From: an uncultured Candidatus Entotheonella sp.
GTDB lineage: Bacteria > Tectomicrobia > Entotheonellia > Entotheonellales > Entotheonellaceae
Assembly: GCA_965217185.1 (NCBI GenBank)
Contig: OZ244252.1
Span: 928,001 to 992,000, forward strand
DNA: 64,000 bases
Direction: 5' to 3'
The position numbers were made by a program, and so were the translations under genes. The notes below the pieces were generated by a model. It saw only the letters and a list, made by a program, of their open reading frames with translations. It did not search any database and was not told the origin of the DNA. Positions 62,370 to 64,000 of the stretch are shown here, piece after piece (the stretch's first letter is position 1; each line of letters starts with the position of its first letter).

Positions 62370-63359
62370 TCAGTTTGTTTTCCCTTGCCAATCCACGCCA
62401 TCCAGACTCATGCCGAGGCCCAAGTCCATACTGGTCAAGATCTCCTTGATTTCGTTAAGGGATTTGCGACCAAAATTTCGGGTCTTCAGCATCTCTGGCT
62501 CATTTCGTTGCACGAGTTCGCCGATGGTCTTGATATCGGCATTTTTCAGACAGTTGTAGGAACGAACCGACAACTCCAATTCATCAACACTACGGCTGAG
62601 TTTCTCAACCAACTTCTGCCGTACCTCATCCACTTCCGGGGCGTCCTGAACGGGATCTTCCCGAAAGTTAACGAAGATTTTCAAATGATCCTCAAGGATG
62701 ATGGCAGCTTGCGCAATAGCGTCCTCCGGGTGAATGCTCCCGTTAGTGTGGACTTCGAATATCAGCCGATCATAGTCAGTTGCGTAGCCCACGCGTGTGT
62801 TTTCTATGTGCATACCTACTCGGCGGACAGGGGAAAAAACCGCGTCCACGGGGATGACTTGCGGATCGGCGATTGATGCGGCATGCCTCTCGGCGGGGAC
62901 ATACCCTCGCCCCCTCTGGACATCCATGGCGATTTCCAATGTCGCATCTTTATTCAAGGTGGCGATATGAAGATCAGGGTTCAGAACTTCGACATCCGCA
63001 TCAGTGACGATTTGACTGGCTAGCACCTCGCCTGGCCCGGTAGCTCGTAACGAGAGTTGCTTTGGCTTGTCCACATGCATCTTCAAGAGCAATTCTTTAA
63101 TGTTGAGAATAATTTCCGTGGTGTCTTCCAAGACGCCCGGGATTGTCGAAAATTCGTGGTACACGCCCTGGATTTTTAGGGCGGTCACCGCAGCTCCCGT
63201 CAAAGAGGAGAGCAGCACACGGCGCAGAGCGTTACCAATCGTCACACCAAAACCACGTTCAAATGGCTCGGCCGTGAAACGCCCGTATGTATTGGTCAGC
63301 GAATCTCGATCGCTTTCGATACGCCTGGGTTTGTGAAAGCCAATCGACGTTGTCTCCAT
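62370..63359 (-). CDS. rpoA: RNA polymerase alpha subunit
   Basis: [40 protein letters not shown]. Confidence 0.98.
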   Translation of the reverse strand: METTSIGFHKPRRIESDRDSLTNTYGRFTAEPFERGFGVTIGNALRRVLLSSLTGAAVTALKIQGVYHEFSTIPGVLEDTTEIILNIKELLLKMHVDKPKQLSLRATGPGEVLASQIVTDADVEVLNPDLHIATLNKDATLEIAMDVQRGRGYVPAERHAASIADPQVIPVDAVFSPVRRVGMHIENTRVGYATDYDRLIFEVHTNGSIHPEDAIAQAAIILEDHLKIFVNFREDPVQDAPEVDEVRQKLVEKLSRSVDELELSVRSYNCLKNADIKTIGELVQRNEPEMLKTRNFGRKSLNEIKEILTSMDLGLGMSLDGVDWQGKTN

Positions 63360-63455
63360 GCTACAACGCTCCTTCTACGTTTCCCGAAACTTGTTGTGTT
63401 AAAAAGACACGGGGCGAGTACGACTGCACGAGGACATTGTTGGTAGGTCAGCCCT

Positions 63456-64000
63456 TTATTTCGAGTAGAGTTCAACTACAAGCTGTTCTTGGAATGACAG
63501 CGTGATGTCGTCTCGTTTCGGCAGCGCCTGCACCACACCACGCATGTTCTCCGTATCGACATGAACCCATTCAGGAATTTGTCTTTGGTCGTGACGCTGC
63601 ATGCCGCTACGGAGCACTTCTATTTCACGGCTCTTTTCTCGAGGTTCTACAACGTCACCCTGTTTGACAAGAAACGACGGGATGTTTGTTTTACGGCCGT
63701 TGACGCGGAAATGGCCGTGGCGAACAAGCTGCCGTGCTTGGGCGCGAGACTCAGCAAAGCCCATGACATAGAGGACATTATCCAATCGACGTTCCAAAAG
63801 TACCAAAAGCTCCGAACCCGTTACTTCCTTCGAACGTGATGCCCGTGCAAAATAACGTCTGAACTGAGATTCCAATACGCCATACGTCCGTTTGACCTTT
63901 TGCTTTTCACGCAATTGCAAGCCGTATTCCGAAAGTTTTGTCCGTCTCTGTCCATGTTGACCTGGAACGTAGTTGCGCCGGTTAATGGCGCATTTATCGC
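63456..64000 (-). CDS. rpsD: 30S ribosomal protein S4, 5' end outside the window
   Basis: [29 protein letters not shown]. Confidence 0.97.
   Translation of the reverse strand, partial: DKCAINRRNYVPGQHGQRRTKLSEYGLQLREKQKVKRTYGVLESQFRRYFARASRSKEVTGSELLVLLERRLDNVLYVMGFAESRAQARQLVRHGHFRVNGRKTNIPSFLVKQGDVVEPREKSREIEVLRSGMQRHDQRQIPEWVHVDTENMRGVVQALPKRDDITLSFQEQLVVELYSK

Overview
High-GC bacterial chromosome segment. The combination of a deltaproteobacterial-type core gene order (rpsU-mutS2-dnaG-rpoD-tRNA(CAT)-Zn ribbon; rpsD-rpoA-rplQ) with F420 biosynthesis and many SDR/LLM/PQQ oxidoreductases is compatible with Ca. Tectomicrobia/Entotheonella-like bacteria; this is inference only. Layout: 1-3.2 kb defence-like genes (ABC/AAA ATPase + TOPRIM-like protein; Schlafen-HATPase-TPR); 3.7-25.6 kb metabolic genes (cofD-cofC-cofE-npdG, tRNA-Arg, TA pair, sigma54-type Hsp20 pair, probable lanthanide PQQ dehydrogenase, sulfite/nitrite reductase); 25-32.3 kb decaying insertion hotspot (530-bp duplication, broken mrr, ORF-less group II intron, two IS elements with exact ends); 32.4-48.6 kb metabolism; 48.9-64 kb core genes. 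The main signals not shown by the ORF track are: (1) a 38-aa Cys-rich leader ORF with terminator/antiterminator topology before the sulfite reductase, a probable cysteine-sensing attenuator; (2) an ORF-less group II intron whose EBS1 matches, and which sits inside, a dif/Xer-like site; (3) two in-frame UGA (UxxC) selenoproteins with SECIS-like hairpins in convergent operons; (4) a 24-bp hairpin mini-element that inactivated a transposase. All family calls come from motif recognition by eye, not from database searches.
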